Part shown: positions 37,245 through 47,000 of the stretch, piece by piece
How positions within the stretch are numbered: position 1 is the first letter of the stretch
Layout: each line of letters starts with the position of its first letter
Source of the DNA: Kiritimatiellia bacterium
GTDB taxonomy: Bacteria; Verrucomicrobiota; Kiritimatiellia; CAIQIC01; Lenti-01
DNA length: 64,000 nt
Reading direction: 5' to 3'
Assembly (NCBI GenBank): GCA_017527155.1
Contig: JAFXQI010000022.1
Coordinates: 160 to 64,159, forward strand
Program-made: the position numbers and the translations under genes
The notes under the pieces: generated by a model
Seen by the model: only the letters and a program-made list of their open reading frames with translations
What the model was told of the DNA's origin: nothing
Database searches by the model: none

Positions 37245-40200
37245 ATGAGCTTGGACAAAAACGCCAACGAAATCGTCGATACGCCCCTCCGCGGGCGGTG
37301 GTGGATCTCGGCCGCGCTGGCCGCGGGCGCGCTCGGACTGTACCTCGCGACGCTCAGCCGGGGCGTGTTCCCCGGGATGCCGGCGAAGAACCTGGTATGG
37401 CACCTGCATCTGGACGCGTTTCCGACGCTGCTCGACCCGGTATGGGGCTGGCTCGTCCGCCAGTGCGGCCGCTTCGGCGGCGAGGCGCTCGGCTCCGCCG
37501 TGCTGAGCGCGGTCTGCGGCGCGCTGTGCGTGTTCTTCCTCTCCGCGCTGATGATGCGCGTGCGCTACACGGTCCACGAAAAGGAAGACCCCGGCGAGGT
37601 CGCCCGCGAGGAACAGGCCCGCCGCCTGGCCGGCATCGTGTCGGGCATCGCGCTGGCGGTGAGCGTCCCCTTCTGGGTCCACGCGACGCGCTCGATGCCG
37701 GGTACCTTCCACCTGCTGCTGCTGCTCGCGGCGACCTGGCTCTTCTCGGAGTACCAGCGCGAAGGCAAGACCGGAACCCTCTACTGGTTCGGTTTCGTCT
37801 ACGGCATCGGCATCCCCGAGTTCGCGACGTTCATCCTCTTCGCGCCGCTGGCGGCCATCCTCGTCGCCCGCGCGATGCTCCAGCGGGCCTCGTTCCGGTG
37901 GAGCACGATGGTCGGCACGGCCCTCTGCGCGCTGCCGCCGATGATCATCCTCTACATCCTCAACGGGAGCTTCCTCTGGAACACGGATCCGTCCATCCCG
38001 CTGCATCCGCTCTGCCCGTCGCTGCCGGCGGTGATCTGGCGGATGATGGTGGACCAGTGGCGCCTGATCGCGGGCGCGCCGATGATGATCCTGCTGTTCG
38101 CGATGACGGCGCTTCCCTGGATGATCCTCTACCTGATCCGCAGCAAGAAGGCGGCCTGGCGCTACAACGCCTGGCAAACGCTCCTGCGCCTCGCGGTGCT
38201 GGCGGCGGCCTGCGCGGCCATCTTCAACACGGCCTTCTCCCCGTGGCACTTCTTCGGCATGGCGTTCCCGCTGGTGACCCCGTACCTGATCCTGGCCATC
38301 TGCGCCGGCACGGTCGCGGGCGAATTCTGGGTGATGGGCCAGTCGCGCGACCACAAGGCGGTGGGGATCGGCCAGCCGCTGCGCAAGGTGTGCGGGACCA
38401 TCGCGCTGCTGCTGCCGGCGGCGTTCGCCGTCGCGGGCGTGCTGAACGCGAAGGTCGCCGACGGCCGCGCCGGCACCAAGATCGCCGCCCTCCTGGACCA
38501 GACGGTCGAGTCGCTCGCCGACCACGACCTCGTCCTCTCGACGGGCGTGCTGGACGACGCCCTCCGCGTGGCGGCGCACGAGCACGGCGCGAAGCTGCGG
38601 GTGATATCGATGCCCGCGGCGGGCACGGAAACCTACCTGAAGTTCCTCTCCGAGACGGCCTTCAAGGAACCGCGCCAGCGCGCCCTCCTGCAAGTGGGCT
38701 TCGGCGCGTTCATCCAGGACTACCTGGCGAACGACGCGCACCTCATCAAGACCGCCGCGATCGACTCCGCCGACCTCCTCCGCGAGTTCGGCTACCTCGT
38801 CCCCGACGGCCTGGTCTCGACCGCCGTCCCCACCCCCGACCGCGCCGACTGGAACGTCGTGCTCGGCGAGCGCCTCCCGGCCTTCCGCGGCCAGATGGAG
38901 GCCCTCCAGGCGGACGCCGCCGACCCGCGCAACCCCATCCGCCCCTACGAACAGTACGTCCTGCGCCTTGCGTCGAAGACCTTCAACAACGTCGGCTTCG
39001 CGCGCGTCGAAGCCGGCGACAAGGAAGGCGCGGTCCCCTACTTCGAGACCGCCCGCGCCCTCTATCCCGACAACATCTCCGCCCTTCTCAACCTCCTCAC
39101 CCTCGCGCGCGACGCCAAGTCCCCCTCCCTCGAACCCCTCGAAGCCGACTGGAAGGCCCTCGTCGACCGCGGCCTGAACAACCGCGTCATGCAGTCCCTC
39201 GGCCACCTCTACGGCTACGTCTACAACACCGGCTACCTCGTCCGCAACGGCATGATGTGGGCCGTCTCCGGCCGCCCGAGGATGGCCGAAGCCGAACTCC
39301 GCCGCGCCGCCGGCGGCCAGTCCGTCGATCCCGCCGCCAAGGCGTTCCTCGCCCGCGCGTTCCTTGCCACCGGCGATCGCGAGACCAGCGCCCAGTACTT
39401 CCGCGAAGCCCTCGAAAACAAGCCCGGCGACCCCTCCGTCCGCCTCAAGCTCGCCGAAATCGCGATGTCCGAGGGCGACCTCGACGCCGCGCGGGAGCAG
39501 CTCGACGCCCTCGCCGCCGACGGCGTCCCCGCGGAAGCGCTCGCCTTCGACCGCATCGTGATGCAGTACCTCGGCGGCGACGCCGACGGCGCCGTCCTGG
39601 CCCTCAAGGAGCGTACCGCGAAGCACAAGCAGGACGTCCGCGCCTGGTCCTTCCTCGCCTACCTCACCGGCGACGGTTCCGATCCCGAGACCTACGAGCG
39701 CGCCCTCAAGGCCATCAAGTCCCTCCGCGGCGCCTCCCCCGAGACGCGCCTGCTCCTCGCCGAACTCTATTCCAAGCGCCACGAATGGGGCGACGCCCGC
39801 GCCGAACTCGAACAGGTCCTCCGCCTGAACCCCCGCCTCGTCAAGGCGTGGGAGATGCTGGTCGCCGTCGACTTCGGCGAACGCAAGCGCGACCTGGCCG
39901 AAGACCACGTCCGCGCCCTCCTGACGCTCGATCCGTCGAACCACGAAGGCAACCTCATGCTCGGCTCCTTCCAGTACGAGCGCGGCCAGTATTCCCTCGC
40001 CGCCGCCTCCTACCGAACCGCCCTCGAAGCCAAGCGCACCCCCACCTGCCTCAACGACCTCGCGTACATCCTCATCGGCGAAGGCAGCTACGCCGAAGCC
40101 GAGTCCCTCATCGACGAAGCCTGCGCCATGAAGCCCGACGACCCGCTCCTCCTCTCCACCCGCGGCGAACTCTACCTCCGCACCGGCCGTCTCGACGAAG

Positions 40201-40397
40201 CCGAAACCGACATCCAGCAGGTCCTCTCCGTCCTTCCCGACAACCTCCAGATGCAGCTTCTCGCCGCCGAACTCTACCACGCCCGCGGCCAGGACCCCGC
40301 CGCCCGCCAGATCCTCGACACCCTCCGCGGCCGCGTCCACGAGTTTCCCGCCGACCTCCAGGCCCGTCTCCAGGACCTCCTCCGCGACGTCCCGTGA
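37245..40397 (+). CDS. polytopic membrane protein with C-terminal TPR repeats (GT-C-fold / DUF2723-TMEM260-like, paralog 1 of 3)
   Basis: 1050 aa. About 11 TM helices in the first ~480 aa, then ~550 aa of TPR repeats (many A-x-x-Y / L-x-x-A periodicities). N-terminal block LYLATLSRGVFPG resembles the DUF2723 start. Confidence 0.5.
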   Translation: MSLDKNANEIVDTPLRGRWWISAALAAGALGLYLATLSRGVFPGMPAKNLVWHLHLDAFPTLLDPVWGWLVRQCGRFGGEALGSAVLSAVCGALCVFFLSALMMRVRYTVHEKEDPGEVAREEQARRLAGIVSGIALAVSVPFWVHATRSMPGTFHLLLLLAATWLFSEYQREGKTGTLYWFGFVYGIGIPEFATFILFAPLAAILVARAMLQRASFRWSTMVGTALCALPPMIILYILNGSFLWNTDPSIPLHPLCPSLPAVIWRMMVDQWRLIAGAPMMILLFAMTALPWMILYLIRSKKAAWRYNAWQTLLRLAVLAAACAAIFNTAFSPWHFFGMAFPLVTPYLILAICAGTVAGEFWVMGQSRDHKAVGIGQPLRKVCGTIALLLPAAFAVAGVLNAKVADGRAGTKIAALLDQTVESLADHDLVLSTGVLDDALRVAAHEHGAKLRVISMPAAGTETYLKFLSETAFKEPRQRALLQVGFGAFIQDYLANDAHLIKTAAIDSADLLREFGYLVPDGLVSTAVPTPDRADWNVVLGERLPAFRGQMEALQADAADPRNPIRPYEQYVLRLASKTFNNVGFARVEAGDKEGAVPYFETARALYPDNISALLNLLTLARDAKSPSLEPLEADWKALVDRGLNNRVMQSLGHLYGYVYNTGYLVRNGMMWAVSGRPRMAEAELRRAAGGQSVDPAAKAFLARAFLATGDRETSAQYFREALENKPGDPSVRLKLAEIAMSEGDLDAAREQLDALAADGVPAEALAFDRIVMQYLGGDADGAVLALKERTAKHKQDVRAWSFLAYLTGDGSDPETYERALKAIKSLRGASPETRLLLAELYSKRHEWGDARAELEQVLRLNPRLVKAWEMLVAVDFGERKRDLAEDHVRALLTLDPSNHEGNLMLGSFQYERGQYSLAAASYRTALEAKRTPTCLNDLAYILIGEGSYAEAESLIDEACAMKPDDPLLLSTRGELYLRTGRLDEAETDIQQVLSVLPDNLQMQLLAAELYHARGQDPAARQILDTLRGRVHEFPADLQARLQDLLRDVP

Positions 40398-40431
40398 TCC
40401 GACCGCCCGCCTCCGACGCCCGCTCCGCCGC

Positions 40432-40471
40432 CGATTGCCGTCGATTGCCCTCGATTGCAGTCGGTTGCAGC
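40432..40471. repeat. four tandem 10-mers CGATTGCCGT/CGATTGCCCT/CGATTGCAGT/CGGTTGCAGC, 25 nt upstream of TPR-membrane paralog 2
   Basis: Same CGATTGCNNT family as 32093-32134, again x4 with 10-bp phase. Confidence 0.8.
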
Positions 40472-40495
40472 CGCTTTCCCCGGAAGGCTCCCTGA

Positions 40496-43400
40496 ATGCC
40501 CGTCGGCGCATCCAGCCCCATTCCCATCCCCCGCCAGCCGCCCCCTCCCCCGCCGCCGGTGACGGGGTGGCGCCGGTTGCTGGTGCCCGCGGCGTTCTTC
40601 CTCCTCGCCCTCGTGCTATACGGCACCCTCGTCGGCGCCGCCCCCTTCCCCGGCGCCCCGGCGCACGCGCTGGTGGACGCCCTCCGGCTCGACGGACCCG
40701 GCGTATCCTCGGCGCCCGTCTGGGAAACCCTGGTCCGCCTTTCCGCCCGCGCCGGTCTCCCGCCCGCCGCGGCGATGAACGTCTTCAGCCTCTTCTGCGG
40801 CGCGCTCGGCATCGCGATCCTCGTCTGGCTCGTGCTCCAGATGCCCTACCGCACGGTCCCCGGCGCCATGGCCGCGGACGTGGTCCGCGAGCGCCAGGCG
40901 CGCGTCTTCGCCGCCGTCTCCACCGGCCTCTACCTCCTCGCCAGCACCCCCTGGGCCCTCGCCTCCACCCGCTCCCTGCCGCAGACCTTCCACCTGCTGG
41001 TCTTCGGCATCGCCCTCTGGCTCCTCGCGCGCCACGCCCAGACGGGACGCGACCGCTGGCTCTTCGCGCTGGGCGGCTGGCTCGCGGCGGGCTCGCTGGA
41101 GTACCCGTTCTTCTGGCCGCTGCTGCTGCTCATGCCCATCGCCGTCGCGGTGTCGCTCTTCCACAACGGCCGACTCGGCAGCGGACGCTCCTGGCTCCTC
41201 TGGCTGCTCGGGCTTCTCCTCGGCGCCTCGGCCTACGTCCTGCACGCCTGGCATCTCATCCGTTCCGGCCACGCCACCTCCGCCTCCCTCGGCGGCACGC
41301 TTCTCGCGGTCCTGGCGAACCGCGCCGAAGTCTTCCTCCCCTACCGCCATCCCGGCCTCCTCTCCGCCTTCGCCCTTGCGTGGGTGCCGGTGCTGGTCCT
41401 CTTCCTCGGTTCCCGCCGCAGCCCGTGGTACTACGGCAAGGACCAGATGTTCCTGCGCCTCGTCCTCGCGGTCCTGGCGGTGGCGTGGCTCCCGGCGGAA
41501 CTGGCCCTCCTCATGCGCATCACCCGCACCGTCTTCGTCGCGCTGCTCCCTGACGCCGCGCTCGCGGTGGCCGTCGGCTGCATCGCCGGCGAATTCTGGA
41601 TCCACGGCCAGCGCCAGCTCGACGACAACGAATGGCCGCGCCGCTTCTACCGCGGATTCCACTCCGCCCTCGCCTGGGTCCTTCCCGTCGCCCTCGCCGG
41701 CGTCGTCTTCTGGCAGCGTCCCGTCGCCGACGCGCGCCCCGCGTCGATCGTCTACGGTACCGCCCGCACCCTTCTCTCGCGCATGGCCCCCGGCGACCGC
41801 ATCGCGGAATTCGGTTCCATCCCGATTCCCGGCGACGGCGGCATGGCAGACCTCCTGCGTCTGGCGAACCTGCATCCTGACCTCATGCGCGGGCAAGCGG
41901 AACACCCGTGCTGCGGCGGCCGCGTCCTGGTCTTCGACTGGTCCCGCCTGGCCGATCCCTCCTACTTCCTCTGGGCGCGCGCCCGCTGGACCGACCCCGT
42001 CCCCGCCGCCGACGCCGCCACCCCCACCCTCTTCTCCAACCACATCCTCCGCCAGATGGCGGCCGACCCGCCGCCCCCCGGCGCCCACGACACCGTCTTC
42101 CTCGTCCCGCCCCCCACCCCGCTCCCCGGCATCCGCCTCGTCCCCGACGGCTGGCTCTACCGCCCCGTGCCATCCCCCACCCCGTGGTCCCCCGTGCCCC
42201 TTCCCCCCGACCCCACCCCCTTCTGGGACGTCCTCGCGCGCGCCGCCGACCGCTTCCCGTCCGACCGCAATCCAGCCGCCCAGCTCTTCCGCAGCTTCCT
42301 CGCGCTGATCTCCCGCAACGCCGACGCCTACGGCGTCCTCCTCGCCGAATCCGGCGACCCCGCCGCCGCCGACCGCGTCTTCGGGGCCGGACTCGCCCTG
42401 TCCCCCGACAACCTCAGCCTGCTCGCCAACCGCATCCCGCCCGACGCCCTGACGCCGATTCCCGCGACCCTCCCCGCCGGCGCCGATTCCCTCCAGACCG
42501 CCATGTACGACCGCGAAGGCCGCCTCTGGGGCCTCGATCTCCTCTACGGCCCCATCCTCGACCCCGAAACCCGCGCCACGCATCCCGACTGGCTCTTCGT
42601 CTGCTCCGGCATCCCGCCCGACCGCCTCTCCGCCCTCTCCCCCGGCGCCCCGCCGCCCGACGACCCCCTCCCGCCCGACGTATGGGAGCGCATCTTCCGC
42701 CACGCCCTCGCCCCCGCGCCGACCTTCCCCGCCGTCTTCTCCCGCCTCCGCACCGACCCGCGCGACTCCGACGCCCTCCTCGCGCTCCTGCGCCTCTTCA
42801 TCCTGCACCACCGTCCCGAACTCGCCGCTTCCACCCTCACCCACCTCGTGCGCATCGGCTTCGACGAAGAACTCCTCCAGCCCGAGATCGCCTGCATCGA
42901 GCGCCTGCGAGGCAACATCGGCGGCTCCGTCGAACACGCCCGCCGCCACCTCGCCAACACCCCGTCCGACATCTCCGGATGGCTCGCCATCCTCTGCTGG
43001 ACCGCGCCCCCCGATCCCCTCTTCGCGCAAGCCGTCCAGATCCTCCAGGAGCGCGCCGGACACGACCGCGAAATCCGCCTCGCCCTCGGCCTGCGCTACT
43101 GCGAACTCCACGACTGGCCCAACGCCCTCGACCAATACAACCGCGCCCTCCAGCTCCGCTCCGCCCCGCCCATCCTCCTGCGGCTGATCACCCTCTCGCG
43201 CATCCTGCAGGACGGTTCCATCGGCACCCTCCGCGCCTCCCTCCGCCGCACCGCCCCCGACCATCCCATCTTCCGCGCCTCCCTCACCCGGCGGCCCGAA
43301 GACCCCGAAACCGCCGCCCGCACCGTCCGCGACCTCCGCGAACTCGCCCGCGCCACCCGCAATCCCGAATTGCTAAACGCCGTCTGCGAGTCCATACTGT

Positions 43401-43750
43401 ATGTTTCGGGTTCGGAAGACCCCGAGATGCGCGGCTGGATGCACCAGGCCATCCACGCGCAGCCCTGGAACCCCGTCTTCCACTGCACCCTCACCGAAAT
43501 GCTGATGCTCGCCGGAGAACTGAAGGAAGCCGCCGAAGAGGCCCGCCGGTCCGTCGCCTACGCGCCGGACTTCGCCCCCGCGTGGGTGCTTTCCGGCGAA
43601 CTCTTCCGCCGCGCCGGCAAGCTCGACCAGGCCCGCCGCTGCCTCCGCCGCGCCGAAGTCCTCCCCCAGGGCGCCCTCTCCCCCACCCAGCACGAATGCC
43701 TCTCCACCCTCCGCTCCGCCCTCGCCGCCCTCCCGGAGCCCGCCCCATGA
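40496..43750 (+). CDS. polytopic membrane protein with C-terminal TPR repeats (paralog 2 of 3)
   Basis: 1084 aa. Same architecture and alignable N-terminal blocks (LVLYGTLVGAAPFPG; SLPQTFHLLVFG) as paralogs 1 and 3. Confidence 0.5.
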   Translation: MPVGASSPIPIPRQPPPPPPPVTGWRRLLVPAAFFLLALVLYGTLVGAAPFPGAPAHALVDALRLDGPGVSSAPVWETLVRLSARAGLPPAAAMNVFSLFCGALGIAILVWLVLQMPYRTVPGAMAADVVRERQARVFAAVSTGLYLLASTPWALASTRSLPQTFHLLVFGIALWLLARHAQTGRDRWLFALGGWLAAGSLEYPFFWPLLLLMPIAVAVSLFHNGRLGSGRSWLLWLLGLLLGASAYVLHAWHLIRSGHATSASLGGTLLAVLANRAEVFLPYRHPGLLSAFALAWVPVLVLFLGSRRSPWYYGKDQMFLRLVLAVLAVAWLPAELALLMRITRTVFVALLPDAALAVAVGCIAGEFWIHGQRQLDDNEWPRRFYRGFHSALAWVLPVALAGVVFWQRPVADARPASIVYGTARTLLSRMAPGDRIAEFGSIPIPGDGGMADLLRLANLHPDLMRGQAEHPCCGGRVLVFDWSRLADPSYFLWARARWTDPVPAADAATPTLFSNHILRQMAADPPPPGAHDTVFLVPPPTPLPGIRLVPDGWLYRPVPSPTPWSPVPLPPDPTPFWDVLARAADRFPSDRNPAAQLFRSFLALISRNADAYGVLLAESGDPAAADRVFGAGLALSPDNLSLLANRIPPDALTPIPATLPAGADSLQTAMYDREGRLWGLDLLYGPILDPETRATHPDWLFVCSGIPPDRLSALSPGAPPPDDPLPPDVWERIFRHALAPAPTFPAVFSRLRTDPRDSDALLALLRLFILHHRPELAASTLTHLVRIGFDEELLQPEIACIERLRGNIGGSVEHARRHLANTPSDISGWLAILCWTAPPDPLFAQAVQILQERAGHDREIRLALGLRYCELHDWPNALDQYNRALQLRSAPPILLRLITLSRILQDGSIGTLRASLRRTAPDHPIFRASLTRRPEDPETAARTVRDLRELARATRNPELLNAVCESILYVSGSEDPEMRGWMHQAIHAQPWNPVFHCTLTEMLMLAGELKEAAEEARRSVAYAPDFAPAWVLSGELFRRAGKLDQARRCLRRAEVLPQGALSPTQHECLSTLRSALAALPEPAP

Positions 43751-43822
43751 CCGCCCGCTTGCCCCATCCCGGCATCGCATCCGCGCATTCCCTCCTGCAC
43801 GGCCTGGAAATCCCATGCTCTA

Positions 43823-43844
43823 GGCGGGCAGGGGACTGCCCGCC
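43823..43844. terminator. GC hairpin (GGCGGGCAG-GGGA-CTGCCCGCC) downstream of TPR-membrane paralog 2, nested in a larger GCCCTACCC/GGGTAGGGC inverted repeat
   Basis: 9-bp stem, no T-run, so it may be a structural/REP-like element rather than a terminator. Confidence 0.3.
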
Positions 43845-44025
43845 CTACCCCGGGACGCTCCCCCTGCGCAGAGGGCGGGTAGGGCGGCGAGTCCCCTCCC
43901 CGCCGCGCAAACGCCTGGCACCTCCTGGCCAATGGGATTCGCGGATGCGTCCTCCGCGTCCGTCCCCTCTCCGTCGTCCGTATCCGCTCAGCGGTTCCCG
44001 GGTTTTCCATGTAAATAATCCGCAT

Positions 44026-44055
44026 CTTGTCACTTGTCACTTGTCACTTGTCACT
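44026..44055. repeat. four tandem heptamers CTTGTCA, ending 18 nt upstream of the TPR-membrane paralog 3 start
   Basis: CTTGTCACTTGTCACTTGTCACTTGTCACT read directly. Confidence 0.8.
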
Positions 44056-44072
44056 CCCTTCTCCTCTCGCCC

Positions 44073-47000
44073 ATGAGTTCACCCTCCTCCAATCTCCCCC
44101 CTCCCCGCCCCGGCTTCCTCCCCGGCCTCCTCGACCGCATCCGCTCCCGTCTCCGCCCCGCACCGCCCCCGCGCAAGCCCCCGACCCTCGGCAGCTTCAC
44201 CCCCGACGGCAAATTCCAGTTCTTCCAGCCCCGCGACGTCGACGCCTTCTTCGAAGGCCGCGACGCCCACGCCGCCATCAAGTTCGACGCCTACGCCCAC
44301 CTCCATCCCCGCCGCTGGGTCCTCGACATCGCCCTCTTCTGCATCGCCCTGGTCCTCTACCTCCTGACCATGAGCTGGTCCGCCTTCCCCGGACCGCCCA
44401 CCAACGAACTCCTCTCCAAGATGAGCGTCGAGGCCACCCCCTCCCCCACCGACTTCCTCTGGGGCTGGGCCGTCCGCCTCCTCGACCGCTTCCCCGTCCT
44501 TCCCCTCCCCTCCTGGATGGGACTCGTCTCCGCCTTCTTCGGCGCCCTGACCGTCGCCATGCTGACCGACCTGATGATGAACGTCGGCTACCTCGTCCGC
44601 AACGAACCCGGCCCCTGGTCCTTCGAATTCGAAGCCTACGGCCGCCGCCTTTCCGCCTTCTGCGCCGGCCTTTTCCTCGCCATCTGCCCGCCCTTCTGGA
44701 TCGCCTCCACCCGCTCCCTCCCGCACACCTTCCACATGGCGATGCTGATGGCCTGCGCCTGCCTCTTCTCCCGCTACCAGCACTGGGGCCGCAAGCGCGA
44801 CCTCTTCGCCCTGGCCTTCCTCTTCGGCATCGGCTGCACCGAATCCTCCGCCTTCCTCGTCTTCCTCCCCGCCTTCATCCCGCTGATGATCCGCGAACTC
44901 GTCCGCTGGAACAAGGCCTCCTCCTTCGGCCACCACCTCCTCCTCTGGGGCACCCTCGCCCTCTCCGCCGCCGGCCTCTACGCCTTCAACGCCCACGTCC
45001 TCTACAAGCGCGGCCTCTTCATGGAAATCTACGCCTCGCCCCTCGACGCCCTCCTCGGCATCCTCCGCGCGCAGCTTTCCGTCGTATCCGCCGCCAACGG
45101 CCACCCCGGCTTCCTCGTCCTGATGGCGTTCACCCTCATCCCGTGGCTCATCGCCTTCCTGATCACCCACCGCTCCCCGTGGTTCTACGAGCGCTGGGAA
45201 GTCTGCGTCCGCATCACCTGCCTCGCCGGCCTCCTCGGCATCCTCTACGACTGCAACTACTCGCCCTGGAAACTCATGGGCATGTACCCCTGCCTCGTCA
45301 CCCCCTACCTCCTCGTCGCCGGCTCCTTCGGCTACATCTGCGGCGAATTCCTCATCTTCGGCGAGCGCAACAAACTCTGCGAAATCCGCACCTGCCAGAA
45401 GGTCCTCCACCGCGTCTCCTTCGTTTTCGCCCTCTGCCTGCCCTTCCTCGTCGCCGGCGCCGCCGTCCGCAACTACGGCACCGCCGACGGCCGCTACGCC
45501 CGCCTCGTCGAAGACGCCTCCCTCGACATCCTCGACCGCCGCGGCGCCGGCCGCGACATCTTCTTTTCCTCCGGCATCCTCGACAACACCCTCCGCCTCC
45601 TCACCTGGCAGAAGCGCGACCCCACCTGCTTCATCAACACCCGCCAGCTCAACTCCCGCACCTACCTCAAGACCCTCACCCGCTTCATCATCGACCCCGT
45701 CCTCACCCCCATGCTCGCCAAGGGCGACATCATCCAGTTCCTCGACGAACTCCTCCTCAACCGCGGCGACTACTTCCGCATCGGCCTCATCGACTTCACC
45801 AACCCCGTCTTCCTCGAATACGGCGACTTCGTCCCCGACGGCTACTTCTACACCGTCGAACCCGACCTCGCCTCCGTCGACTGGACCGCCCGCTTCGAGC
45901 ACCAGCGCCCCTTCTGGAAACTCCTGCAGGACATGCGCGACACCCCCATCCCCGAGGGCAACCCCATGTACCGCTTCCGCGAAGCCCTCCTGCGCATCGC
46001 CGGCAAGGGCATCGACAACTTCGCCATCGAACTCCTCCGCGCCGGACGCCCCGCCGACGCCAACGAAGTCCTCCGCATCGGCCACGGCATCGACCCCGAA
46101 AACGTCTCCATCCTCCTCAACCTCGCCTCCATGGCCTCCGAGTACCCCCTCGAAGAAGGCTTCGACCCCGACGCGGAAGTCGACCGCATCATCCCCCTCA
46201 TCCACGGCCACCGCTGGAACTGCGGCGCCAACTTCGGCTTCGTCTGGGACGCCCGCTCCTGGGTCCGCAACGGACGCGTCTGGGCCATCTCCGCCGAAGT
46301 CCCCCGCACCCTCGCCCAGCGCCGCGCCGCCGAAAACAACTTCGAGGAAGACGCCCTCCACGCCAAGTGGATCGACATCGCCTTCGGCCTCTACGGCGTC
46401 CCCCGCCCCGACGAAATCGCCTGCCGCAACGCCCTCGTCCGCGACGACCACGACCAGCACGCCCTCCTCGAACTCGCCTTCCTCGCCATGCGAGCCAAGG
46501 ATCTCGAAATGGCGCGCGCCTACATCGTCGAAGCCCTTTCCGTCGGCCATGCCGAAGCCGAAGTCGCCTTCCACCGCGCCCTCCTCCAGTACCTCGACGG
46601 CGAGCGGGCCGAAGCCTTCGAATCCGTCCGCTACCAGACCACCTACGACACCCTCAACGAGCGCCTCTGGATCACCGACCTGCTCATGGCCGAAGACGCC
46701 AACGACGAAAAGGAAATCTACCGCGCCCGCTCCGCCCTCGCCATGTTCCGCCCCGGACTCCTCGGCACCCACCTCTCCCTCGCCCGGCACTTCATGGACC
46801 TGAAGCTCTGGCGCCTCGCCCAGCGCGAACTCGACCGCGCCGCCGAGATCGCCCCTTCCACCGTCATCCTCTGGGAGATGATGGGCGAAGTCGCCTCCCA
46901 GACCGGCAACGCCGCCCTCATGCAGGTCTCCCTGCGCGCCCTCCAGGCCCGCAACCCCCAGCACTACCTCAAATACCAGAACGAAGGTCTCCTCGCCTAC

